A stretch of 64,000 bases of DNA from Gammaproteobacteria bacterium (GTDB lineage Bacteria > Pseudomonadota > Gammaproteobacteria > SZUA-229): NCBI GenBank assembly GCA_016744065.1, contig JADGFA010000021.1:4174-68173 (forward strand). The letters run 5' to 3'. The notes under the pieces are model-generated. The model made no database searches. It saw only the letters and a program-made list of their open reading frames with translations, and had not been told where the DNA came from. Position 1 is the stretch's first letter; the number at the start of each line of letters is the position of its first letter. Positions 49,103-56,543 of this stretch are shown here, piece after piece. The position numbers and the translations under genes were made by a program.

Positions 49103-50410
49103 TTACTCACGCATAAGTAGATTGTGAATTGCCATTTTGACATTATTAGATGACCAGTCAATTCCGCCGGCAACTGAATAGCGAATAAAACCTTTTTTAT
49201 CAAGTAAATAACTGGTGGGAAATGCAAAGACATTCCATTTTCTTGGTAACCCCTGGTCAGGATCTAGCAATACTGGGAAGTTCACAGGGTGTGTTTTAAG
49301 AAATCTATTTATATCATCAGGGTTCTCGCCTAGATTGATCGCCAAAATTTCAAACGGACTGTCTTTTAATTCCATATTTAAACCGGACATCGACGGCATT
49401 TCATGTACACAGGGAGGGCACCAGCTGGCCCAGAAGTTAACAACAATAACTTTTCCGGTATATTGAGAGAGTGAATGAGAGACGCCATTAATATCGCTGA
49501 GCGTGAAGTCATCAGGGCGAAGTTGTCCTGTATACTTTCGGAGAACCCCAGTTGTTTTTTTGCTTCTTTTACTAAAAGATTTGGTTGTTTTTATAGGTTT
49601 TCTTTGTTTTGCATATGCCGTGGTGAGCTCCATACTACGTATGATTTTATCACTAAAGGTTGATGCCATCCTGCTCTCTAAATCAGTTGCATCCAGCCGA
49701 AAAAAGAATCTGTTTCGTACATTTTCCAGCTTCTGTGCATATACATCACTACCGCCTTCCTCTAACGCGTCAATTGTACTCTTTATACGTAACGAAAGCG
49801 TTGATTTTAATGGCATATAAATAAAGACAGGAAGGTTTGTTGCTTTCGCAATGGCTAGAAATTGGCCACGATTACCAGCATCAGGAGTGTTTTTGAATAG
49901 ATTAGGTGAGACTAGAATAACGCCTGACAACACACTATCAGAGAGCAACTGCCATGTGTGAGCTGCCTCAAGCAAAGTACTAGCGCCATTGTCGTTACTG
50001 AAAAGGTAAATATTCTTATTCGTTTTTTCTGCATGAAGCATTAATTCAGAATAAGCAGATACGGGTATTTCAGCCATGCTTGATTCCACCTCAGGTAGAA
50101 ACCATGTGTCAAAAGGGTTTGCTATCCATGTTTCAATTCCTTTATCGCTTAATTTTTCAGCCAGCCCATTTAGCCCATCTGTTATCCCATGCGATGAAGG
50201 AAAAACAATAAGTAAGGAATCGCCATCCGCTTTATAAACGTTTACTTGAAGTTCAGAACCATCGCGAAGATTCACAGACATTATGTCTACTGCATAGGAT
50301 GTCTGTATGTACATTAGGGTTGCAATAAGGAGTAGTAATTTACTTAGCATAGACTTCTTTATTGAATATAACGATCGGGTTGGGCGACTTGTTATGTGTT
50401 TTTTAACCAT
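49103..50410 (-). CDS. exported two-domain protein: N-terminal alpha/beta-hydrolase-like region fused to a TlpA-type thioredoxin domain
   Basis: 435 aa with a signal/anchor. The C-terminal ~150 aa contain VVNFWASWCPPCVHEMP and the TlpA/ResA pattern. The N-terminal ~270 aa have no catalytic motif that I recognise. Confidence 0.7.
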   Translation of the reverse strand: MVKKHITSRPTRSLYSIKKSMLSKLLLLIATLMYIQTSYAVDIMSVNLRDGSELQVNVYKADGDSLLIVFPSSHGITDGLNGLAEKLSDKGIETWIANPFDTWFLPEVESSMAEIPVSAYSELMLHAEKTNKNIYLFSNDNGASTLLEAAHTWQLLSDSVLSGVILVSPNLFKNTPDAGNRGQFLAIAKATNLPVFIYMPLKSTLSLRIKSTIDALEEGGSDVYAQKLENVRNRFFFRLDATDLESRMASTFSDKIIRSMELTTAYAKQRKPIKTTKSFSKRSKKTTGVLRKYTGQLRPDDFTLSDINGVSHSLSQYTGKVIVVNFWASWCPPCVHEMPSMSGLNMELKDSPFEILAINLGENPDDINRFLKTHPVNFPVLLDPDQGLPRKWNVFAFPTSYLLDKKGFIRYSVAGGIDWSSNNVKMAIHNLLMRE

Positions 50411-50509
50411 AAGTGTGAATTACTGCTTTAGTGTTTTTATTAAATATATCCCTAGCTACTAGTAAAAGTACAGTATTTACTTGGTTGTTACTGTTTTTAA
50501 TTATTTCGC

Positions 50510-50752
50510 TCACGTCACTAGCCGCATAAACCGTACCTTTTGGTGACTTATATCTTTTAATTTTACAAATGCTGCTGTTTTAACGGTGCTCCTTGTTTTT
50601 ATATATTTAAAAATAACTTCGTCTTCAAATGATACTGAGGCAGATGAAAGTGCTCTTATATAATTATTTATTCTTTCTCTCTCGGATTCAAGATTTCTTA
50701 TAAGCTCTGGAATACTGATGTATCTACTTTTTATGGGGCACTCTGGAGTACC
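50510..50752 (-). CDS. hypothetical small protein whose 5' end is replaced by IS3 sequence
   Basis: The ORF 50510-50842 reads through IRL of the IS, so only the part up to ~50743 is native. Rejoining the IS flanks gives a possible GTG-started ~80-aa ORF. Coding status uncertain. Confidence 0.25.
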   Translation of the reverse strand, partial: GTPECPIKSRYISIPELIRNLESERERINNYIRALSSASVSFEDEVIFKYIKTRSTVKTAAFVKLKDISHQKVRFMRLVT

Positions 50753-50803
50753 CCCGCTTTTCCGTACACTCAAAAAGGAGGATAATTCCTCCAGGAGTGT
50801 ACG

Positions 50804-51097
50804 ATGCAAAAACGACAAACATTTAGCAAAGAATTTAAACATGAAGCCGTTAGGCTGCTTGAAACAACAAACAAACCCGCGGCTGATCTTGCAAGAGAAT
50901 TAGGTGTGAGACGCAATCAGCTCTACAAATGGCAAGAACAACTACGCTCTAAGGGTGAAGACGCCTTTCCGGGCAAAGGCCGTCGAACAGAAAAGGATGA
51001 TGAAATAGCTCAATTAAAACGAGAGCTAGAGCGCGTCAAGGAGGAGCGTGACATATTAAAAAAGGCCGCGCTGTACTTTGCAAGGGAAACCGAGTGA
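50804..51097 (+). CDS. IS3-family transposase OrfA (HTH)
   Basis: 97 aa, FSKEFKHEAVRLL...LARELGVRRNQLYKWQ, and a leucine-zipper-like tail ending at the frameshift window ILKKAALYFA. Confidence 0.9.
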   Translation: MQKRQTFSKEFKHEAVRLLETTNKPAADLARELGVRRNQLYKWQEQLRSKGEDAFPGKGRRTEKDDEIAQLKRELERVKEERDILKKAALYFARETE

Positions 51098-51954
51098 AGT
51101 ACCAGTTCATCCTTGATCATCAAGATGAGCATACAACGACCATATTATGTGAAGCGTTAAATATAAAACGCAGTAGTTTTTATGATTGGAAGTTACGTAG
51201 CGAAAGTGAAAGTGATAAACAAAACAGTTACTTACTTAATCGCATCAAAACAATACATAAAGCATCGAGAGAGAATTATGGCGCCGTTAAAACCTGGAAA
51301 GCACTACGAGACTCAGGTGAAAGTTGTGGTTTACATCGAATTGAGCGACTAAGACGTAAACATGGAATAGAAGCCAAACGCATGAGGCTCTTTAGAGCCT
51401 CAAATAGCAGTCGAAATAGTGAGCCAGCAGCAGACAATATACTAAACCGTGAATTTATTGTGCATGCACCTGATCGCGTATGGGTGGGCGATATAACGTT
51501 TATCACAACGCGTAAAGGCGTATTGTTTTTAGCCACGATCATTGATCTGTATTCTCGAAAAATTGTTGGCTGGTCAATGAGCGATAAACAAAACAGGCAT
51601 TTAGTTAAAGATGCTTTGCATATGGCAATAGAAAACAGGAAACCTAAAGCTGGCTTGATACACCATACTGACCAGGGTGTTCAATATACCGCACGTGAAG
51701 ACAAGACAATACTAGAGGCTCATGACATGATTCAAAGTATGAGTCGAAAAGGTAACTGCCATGATAATGCGGTTGCAGAAAGCTTTTTCAGTCATTTAAA
51801 AAATGAACTGATATATCATCGAACCTTTGCAGATCGAGATGAAGCTCGTTCAGCAGTATTTGATTACATTGAAGTATTTTATAACCAGCAACGAACTCAT
51901 CAAACACTCGGCTATAAAACGCCAAATGATTATGAGATGATGAATGTTGCTTAA
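51094..51954 (+). CDS. IS3-family transposase OrfB (DDE integrase core), expressed by -1 frameshift
   Basis: Motifs WVGDITFI, HHTDQGVQYT and NCHDNAVAESFF. The frame is -1 relative to orfA, with the slippery heptamer AAAAAAG at 51058-51064. Confidence 0.9.
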   Translation: MKYQFILDHQDEHTTTILCEALNIKRSSFYDWKLRSESESDKQNSYLLNRIKTIHKASRENYGAVKTWKALRDSGESCGLHRIERLRRKHGIEAKRMRLFRASNSSRNSEPAADNILNREFIVHAPDRVWVGDITFITTRKGVLFLATIIDLYSRKIVGWSMSDKQNRHLVKDALHMAIENRKPKAGLIHHTDQGVQYTAREDKTILEAHDMIQSMSRKGNCHDNAVAESFFSHLKNELIYHRTFADRDEARSAVFDYIEVFYNQQRTHQTLGYKTPNDYEMMNVA

Positions 51955-52043
51955 CTAGGTGTACGGGAAAGCGGGTGTACTCCACTTGGACACTTAACGC
52001 CTTTTAAATATAACGTTTTAATAACCTAGTATTTGTTAGTATA

Positions 52044-52484
52044 TTAATTTATGTAAGACTCTGGACATTTGGCTTCTTTGCTAAAGTTATTTATACTTTC
52101 TATAAACACAACATGAATTTGATCAATTAGCCAATGTCCATTGTTTTCTCTATATTTTAGGCTGAAAATTAATGGCACTTTTTCTTTATCATAGCCATTA
52201 ATCGTTAGACAACCATTTTTATGGTTTATTTTTTCATAGTGTTTATCTACAGAATTCATATGATTTTTAAATAGTAACTGACTGGACGCATCAGGGTTTG
52301 TAACGTAATCATCACCTAAGAATGATTGGGTAAAGTATACTTTAGCAACATCTTTAATGTTATTTTCATTGGCTGATTCGCTATATAATATATATGATTT
52401 AAATAGTGTATATGGTGACTTGTTAGTAGTAGTACAACTTACAAGAAACAGAATAGAAAAAAAACTTAACATTATGCTGTTCAT
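52044..52484 (-). CDS. hypothetical lipoprotein (146 aa)
   Basis: Lipobox FLVSC after a signal peptide. Starts 2 nt after the upstream gene. The ENNGHWLIDQIHVVF tail suggests an NTF2-like fold. Confidence 0.55.
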   Translation of the reverse strand: MNSIMLSFFSILFLVSCTTTNKSPYTLFKSYILYSESANENNIKDVAKVYFTQSFLGDDYVTNPDASSQLLFKNHMNSVDKHYEKINHKNGCLTINGYDKEKVPLIFSLKYRENNGHWLIDQIHVVFIESINNFSKEAKCPESYIN

Positions 52485-52486
52485 TT

Positions 52487-52915
52487 TTAATGCCCCGTGA
52501 TTTTTTGTAATTCCAAATCATAAACATGATGCCTGTCTTTAAGCGCGCGTGCTGCTCTACATAAAAGCCCAGAACATGATATTATTAGCTCTTCCAGGTC
52601 AAAATCCCCCATTACGGTTAATTTCATATATACCAAATCAAAAGTAGCTCTATATCCTATATTCATGCCCCCTTTATTATTAAAAGAGACGCTAACTCGT
52701 TTTATTTTAGCACCAATTCTATCTAGAACTGGTGACCCAGTGAATGTGACAGTTCCTGCCGTTCCTGTAAGTGTGGCTTCACCATTTTGATCTATGGTAA
52801 GTTTTGTGCCTGCTTTATTTGCCATGATTTTTACTGTCATTCCTTTATCCTTTGAATAAGCCAACTCCAAAAACTTTGCAATTGTTATCTTCGCTTCTGT
52901 TCTTGTTAGATCCAT
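52487..52915 (-). CDS. hypothetical cytoplasmic protein (142 aa)
   Basis: ORF with a GGGGAAATC RBS region and no signal peptide. No recognisable family. Confidence 0.5.
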   Translation of the reverse strand: MDLTRTEAKITIAKFLELAYSKDKGMTVKIMANKAGTKLTIDQNGEATLTGTAGTVTFTGSPVLDRIGAKIKRVSVSFNNKGGMNIGYRATFDLVYMKLTVMGDFDLEELIISCSGLLCRAARALKDRHHVYDLELQKITGH

Positions 52916-52949
52916 GATTTCCCCCTGTTTTCTTATTGAATTGCTAACA

Positions 52950-52981
52950 GCTGATAACAGGAACTATTTCCTGTTATCAGC
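52950..52981. promoter_or_regulatory. perfect 14-bp-stem inverted repeat upstream of the 52915 gene
   Basis: GCTGATAACAGGAA - CTAT - TTCCTGTTATCAGC, 35 nt upstream of the start codon. No flanking U-run on either strand, so it is not a typical terminator. Confidence 0.5.
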
Positions 52982-53139
52982 CCTTAAATATTTACCAAAA
53001 ATAACTGCAATTCTTTAAAAATCAACATATTAGTGTTTTTCTGTTCTGTTATTGGGGCTTAAGAGAATAACATATATTGTATTTGTAAAAATATCAACAA
53101 CTTACTAAAGGGGTAAGCCTTAAGAATTGACGAGGTGAA

Positions 53140-53342
53140 CTTTTTATAGAAAATTAGATGGCTCTCGTATGGGAAGCGAAGATACTCAGACAAGATGTCA
53201 TCAATGCTGTGTCTAATATCTGGATTATCGGATAATAACTGTATGTAATCTTTAAGTGCACCAAAGTAATGTTCAGCTTGTTTTGTTCTCAGGTTATCTA
53301 TTGAGTACGAAAGAGTTTTTCAACATCCCTGGCAGCTTCATC
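53140..53342 (-). pseudogene. decayed RelE/ParE-family toxin gene
   Basis: The minus strand reads DEAARDVEKLFR / (frameshift) YSIDNLRTKQAEHYFGALKDYIQLLSDNPDIRHSIDDILSEYLRFPYESHLIFYKK. This is collinear with ParE (A..DL..I..Y....G..QA..Y...L......L...P..G.......YR.F.V.SH.IFY). There is no start codon, a stop upstream and at least one frameshift near 53300. Confidence 0.45.
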
Positions 53343-53463
53343 CGTTTATGTAGGTATTGCATGGCCATATTATGCTTTCCATCCATGGATATTTTATGGT
53401 GCTGAACATAAACAGTATGAAAACTCGAACAGATCGCGTCTTATTAAATTATCTTTATATCTA

Positions 53464-54534
53464 TTAAATATGACACAGGGAAATAGCTTCATCAGCACTT
53501 TCCAGAGCGCCTTCAAGATACCCGCCGTGTTGCTGTGCGACTTCGGTACCCGCCAGTATTAATTGATTATTCCAGAAATGTCTGGGTATATCCGCTGGAT
53601 ACTGGGGATGTTGTATGGGGGAGTTTAAGTCAGTTTCAGTTGTTGTGTTTTCATCCAGGCTCCAGTCTTTTATCTGAACATCCCTGATGTTCTGGCTCTC
53701 ATCACCAAACAGGCGTTGTAGTTGTGCCATACATGACGTTATTAATTGTTCATTGTTTATCTGTTTACGTTGATGTGCATTTAAACCAACGAAAGAGGTA
53801 AGGGCATAAAGCTTTTCATCTTCGGGGGAGCCATCATAAATTTCAGATAATGGTCCGTAATGGCTGAATACTTCACCTGAGAGGTTCTGTTCTCGCCAGA
53901 AAGGTTTGTCATAAATGAATAGAATTTTACAGTGCCCTGACATCCAGGTGGGTATGCTTTTCCAGGTGTTGTTTATCTCTTCTGGAAGCGCAGGGTTAAA
54001 GGTTATATTTTGTTGAATAAGTCTTGGGGGTAATGCAAAAATAATTTTATTTGCGCTATACCGAACAACTTTACCATTTTGTAAGGTGACAATACTTAAA
54101 TCATCTTTATGGATTTTCTGTACAAGTGTATTCAGGTGAATAGATGATTCAGGTAATTTATTCTGTAACGCATTAACCAGGCTCTGGCTGCCACCTTCAA
54201 TTCGATATGATTCACTGTGTGATGACTGACTGTTATATCGTTCAGTCTCATCAGGGTTCTTTTCATATAACATATCACCGGATGTAAATTGTTTAAATAC
54301 ATTTAAATTAAGCTGGCTCATTAACTGATTTAAACGAGGCTGTAACTGAGGCCATACCCAGGCTGGCCCCATATCAAAATGACTCTTATTATATTCGGGT
54401 GATAATATTCGCCCACCGATTCGATCACGTGCTTCCAGTAAAATAACATCCTGGTTTTTCTGTTGTAACTGCCAGGCACAATATAAACCGCTTAAACCCG
54501 CACCTATGATGATAATGTTATGTTGTTCACTCAT
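53464..54534 (-). CDS. FAD-dependent amine-oxidase-family oxidoreductase
   Basis: IIIIGAGLSGLYCAW...LLEARDRIGGR dinucleotide fold and the C-terminal GTEVAQQHGGYLEGALESA motif. Overlaps the upstream gene by 4 nt. Confidence 0.8.
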   Translation of the reverse strand: MSEQHNIIIIGAGLSGLYCAWQLQQKNQDVILLEARDRIGGRILSPEYNKSHFDMGPAWVWPQLQPRLNQLMSQLNLNVFKQFTSGDMLYEKNPDETERYNSQSSHSESYRIEGGSQSLVNALQNKLPESSIHLNTLVQKIHKDDLSIVTLQNGKVVRYSANKIIFALPPRLIQQNITFNPALPEEINNTWKSIPTWMSGHCKILFIYDKPFWREQNLSGEVFSHYGPLSEIYDGSPEDEKLYALTSFVGLNAHQRKQINNEQLITSCMAQLQRLFGDESQNIRDVQIKDWSLDENTTTETDLNSPIQHPQYPADIPRHFWNNQLILAGTEVAQQHGGYLEGALESADEAISLCHI

Positions 54535-55262
54535 TTTGCAGATTCATCTGACATAGGTTTATTTGGCGTGGGCTCATCTGATATGTGCTCATATGAAACA
54601 GGTTCCAGCAGGTGGCCTGTTTTACGTAAAATCAGGCAGTTTTTATTAACTGTAATATTCTGTTTTGAACCCGCTGGTAAACGTAACCAACTGCCGTTAG
54701 AGTAGTTGCCGGTATCATCACTAAAGCTTCCATCGATAACAAAGTATTCAACACCGGCTTCAAAAATAAGGTCAGTAAACTTCATGCCTGCCGTCCAGTG
54801 CATCATGCAGACCGACTCATAATCCGCTTCAAACAGGTGTAATATTTCTCCGAAAGTTTTATCTTTATTCCAGAGGTTTTTATCGTGGGTATTAATCGCT
54901 ATTTGCTTTTGATCATCCGGGTGCATCTGCCATAGTTTAACTAAAATAGTACAGCCTTTATCACTATGGGGTGCATGCCCTGTACCGGTCGGGTTGCGAA
55001 CATAATAACCTTCAGGGTAATCTGCGTGTTGATCTGAGAATATGCCCTGCAACACAAGAAACTCTTCACCGCCATCATGTACGTGACCACTGAATGCGCT
55101 TTGTGGGGCAAAGCGCACCACAGTAGTTACACGTTCAACAGGCGGGTTATCATCATCTGCTTCTAACCTGAGGCGTTGTACACCTGCTGATGGTGAATTC
55201 TCCCATTCAAGACTGTTAATATTGAGGTTTGCCCTTAGTGATAAATCAGCATTGAGTTTCAT
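54531..55262 (-). CDS. ChrR-type cupin domain protein (two cupin repeats, no anti-sigma ZAS domain)
   Basis: GHVHDGGEEFLVLQGIFSDQHADYPEGYYVRNPTGTGHAPHSDKGC matches the ChrR C-terminal cupin pattern. No H-x3-C-x2-C motif is present. Confidence 0.7.
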   Translation of the reverse strand: MKLNADLSLRANLNINSLEWENSPSAGVQRLRLEADDDNPPVERVTTVVRFAPQSAFSGHVHDGGEEFLVLQGIFSDQHADYPEGYYVRNPTGTGHAPHSDKGCTILVKLWQMHPDDQKQIAINTHDKNLWNKDKTFGEILHLFEADYESVCMMHWTAGMKFTDLIFEAGVEYFVIDGSFSDDTGNYSNGSWLRLPAGSKQNITVNKNCLILRKTGHLLEPVSYEHISDEPTPNKPMSDESAK

Positions 55263-55291
55263 ATGGTTTCTAAATTTATAATTTATGGGTT

Positions 55292-56302
55292 TTATAGTTT
55301 GTAAGTTACACCAAATGTAAATGCAACATCAGGGCTATTTTCAAAATTAACAATATTTTCTACTAAACCGGCCTCAAAAAGATACGATTCGGTTCTCCAT
55401 TTATACCCAATATGTATTTCATGGCTGTATTCAGATAGCTCACCTATATCAACAACAACGCCTTCGCTGAATAAATACTGCAATATAAAAGCTTCATCAC
55501 CTTCCATATTAAATTCATAACCTAACATGCCACTAAACTGGTGATCGGTCAGGGGCATGCCTAGAACGTCCTTTGAGCCAAACTCGGTATATGACAGATT
55601 AGCGTATGCGTAACCATTGTTTTTTTTCTGGGCAACACTGAACTGCACGCCATAATCAAAAGCACCATGTTCAATCAGGCCGTCGTGTAACATTTCATAA
55701 CTTATATTAAAGTTCATTGCGATTGCTGGCCAGCCAATACTTTTATCAGCCAGAACTTTCTGCACGCTGATGCCCACAGTTTGTGAGGTCTGACCGCGAG
55801 CTTCTTTACCTAGATTAATCCCGTATTCAGAAATCTGTATATGCGTACCATCTTTAACTGCTTCATCACGGCCATTCTGGTCGATATCAAACAGGTCATG
55901 AAACTCCAGGGTTAACTGATCAAGGTGTGCATTGACTATGCGCCGTTCATTAATGGAAAACTCTGCGGACCAGTTATTAGCAAACCCTCGGTTAATCGCA
56001 AAGCGCGTATCGGTAAAGTGATAATCCAGTACAAACAAATTTTCCTGGCTGCTATAAACACTTGCTGCGGCAATATTAAACTGTAACTCTGTCTGGCCTT
56101 CAGGCAGTCCGTAAGGTGAGCGGGGAACAGGTGAAAGGCGTAGTGACTGAGCTGGTGATAATGAACGAATAGTTAAAGGTCCTAAAGTGCCATTCCAGTA
56201 TTCTTCAGGTTCAGGCTCATATGCATAAGCTCTGTCCTGTGTAATTGCGATGAATATGAATAAAATAAAAAATCTGAAATAAAGCACTGTGAAAACTTTC
56301 AT
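55292..56302 (-). CDS. outer-membrane beta-barrel protein, DUF3187-like
   Basis: Signal peptide, alternating amphipathic strands throughout, and the terminal FTFGVTYKL. Family assignment is from memory of DUF3187 features only. Confidence 0.55.
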   Translation of the reverse strand: MKVFTVLYFRFFILFIFIAITQDRAYAYEPEPEEYWNGTLGPLTIRSLSPAQSLRLSPVPRSPYGLPEGQTELQFNIAAASVYSSQENLFVLDYHFTDTRFAINRGFANNWSAEFSINERRIVNAHLDQLTLEFHDLFDIDQNGRDEAVKDGTHIQISEYGINLGKEARGQTSQTVGISVQKVLADKSIGWPAIAMNFNISYEMLHDGLIEHGAFDYGVQFSVAQKKNNGYAYANLSYTEFGSKDVLGMPLTDHQFSGMLGYEFNMEGDEAFILQYLFSEGVVVDIGELSEYSHEIHIGYKWRTESYLFEAGLVENIVNFENSPDVAFTFGVTYKL

Positions 56303-56364
56303 ATTTAATCCTGAAATCAGTTTATTTAAGCAATAACTATTTGTTTAAAATGTTGATTTTAGAA

Positions 56365-56382
56365 TTGCAGGCTATATGCCAG
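56365..56382 (-). promoter_or_regulatory. sigma54 (-24/-12) promoter P1
   Basis: The minus strand reads CTGGCATATAGCCTGCAA against the consensus YTGGCACGrNNNTTGCW. GG and GC are separated by 10 nt. It lies ~60 nt upstream of the 56302 start. Confidence 0.8.
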
Positions 56383-56397
56383 GTTTGTGTATTTTTG

Positions 56398-56410
56398 TAA
56401 CCGATTGATT
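56398..56410 (-). promoter_or_regulatory. IHF-like site between UAS and P1
   Basis: The minus strand reads AATCAATCGGTTA, matching WATCAANNNNTTR. The offset from the -24 GG is the same as for the site at 60018-60030. Confidence 0.5.
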
Positions 56411-56448
56411 ATTAAGCTAATAGTTTGTATTTTTTATAGATTTGTTTG

Positions 56449-56501
56449 AACGAAATATCGTAACTAACGAATAGTCGTTGATTTTATAACGTTATTACGT
56501 T
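56449..56501. promoter_or_regulatory. upstream activator sequences: three AACGN-N4-NCGTT palindromes
   Basis: AACGAAATATCGTA (56449-56462), AACGAATAGTCGTT (56466-56479) and AACGTTATTACGTT (56488-56501). Their centres lie 76, 93 and 115 nt from the -24 GG of P1. Confidence 0.7.
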
Positions 56502-56543
56502 ATAAAATTATAATGAAATTTACGAAATAATGGATATTACGTC

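Larger units (their letters stand above)
50744..51984 (+). mobile_element. IS3-family insertion sequence, apparently intact (1241 bp)
   Basis: IRL TGGAGTACCCCCGCTTTTCCGTACAC (50744-) and IRR ...GTGTACGGGAAAGCGGGTGTACTCCA (-51984) are imperfect inverted repeats with TG...CA ends. They enclose orfA/orfB with an A6G slippery site. Confidence 0.85.

Noticed and set aside
50735-51990. Target-site duplication flanking the IS3 element
   Set aside because: The flanks read CTC and CTT, so they are not identical. The ACTC seen on both sides is partly inside the IRR, so it is not a genuine duplication.
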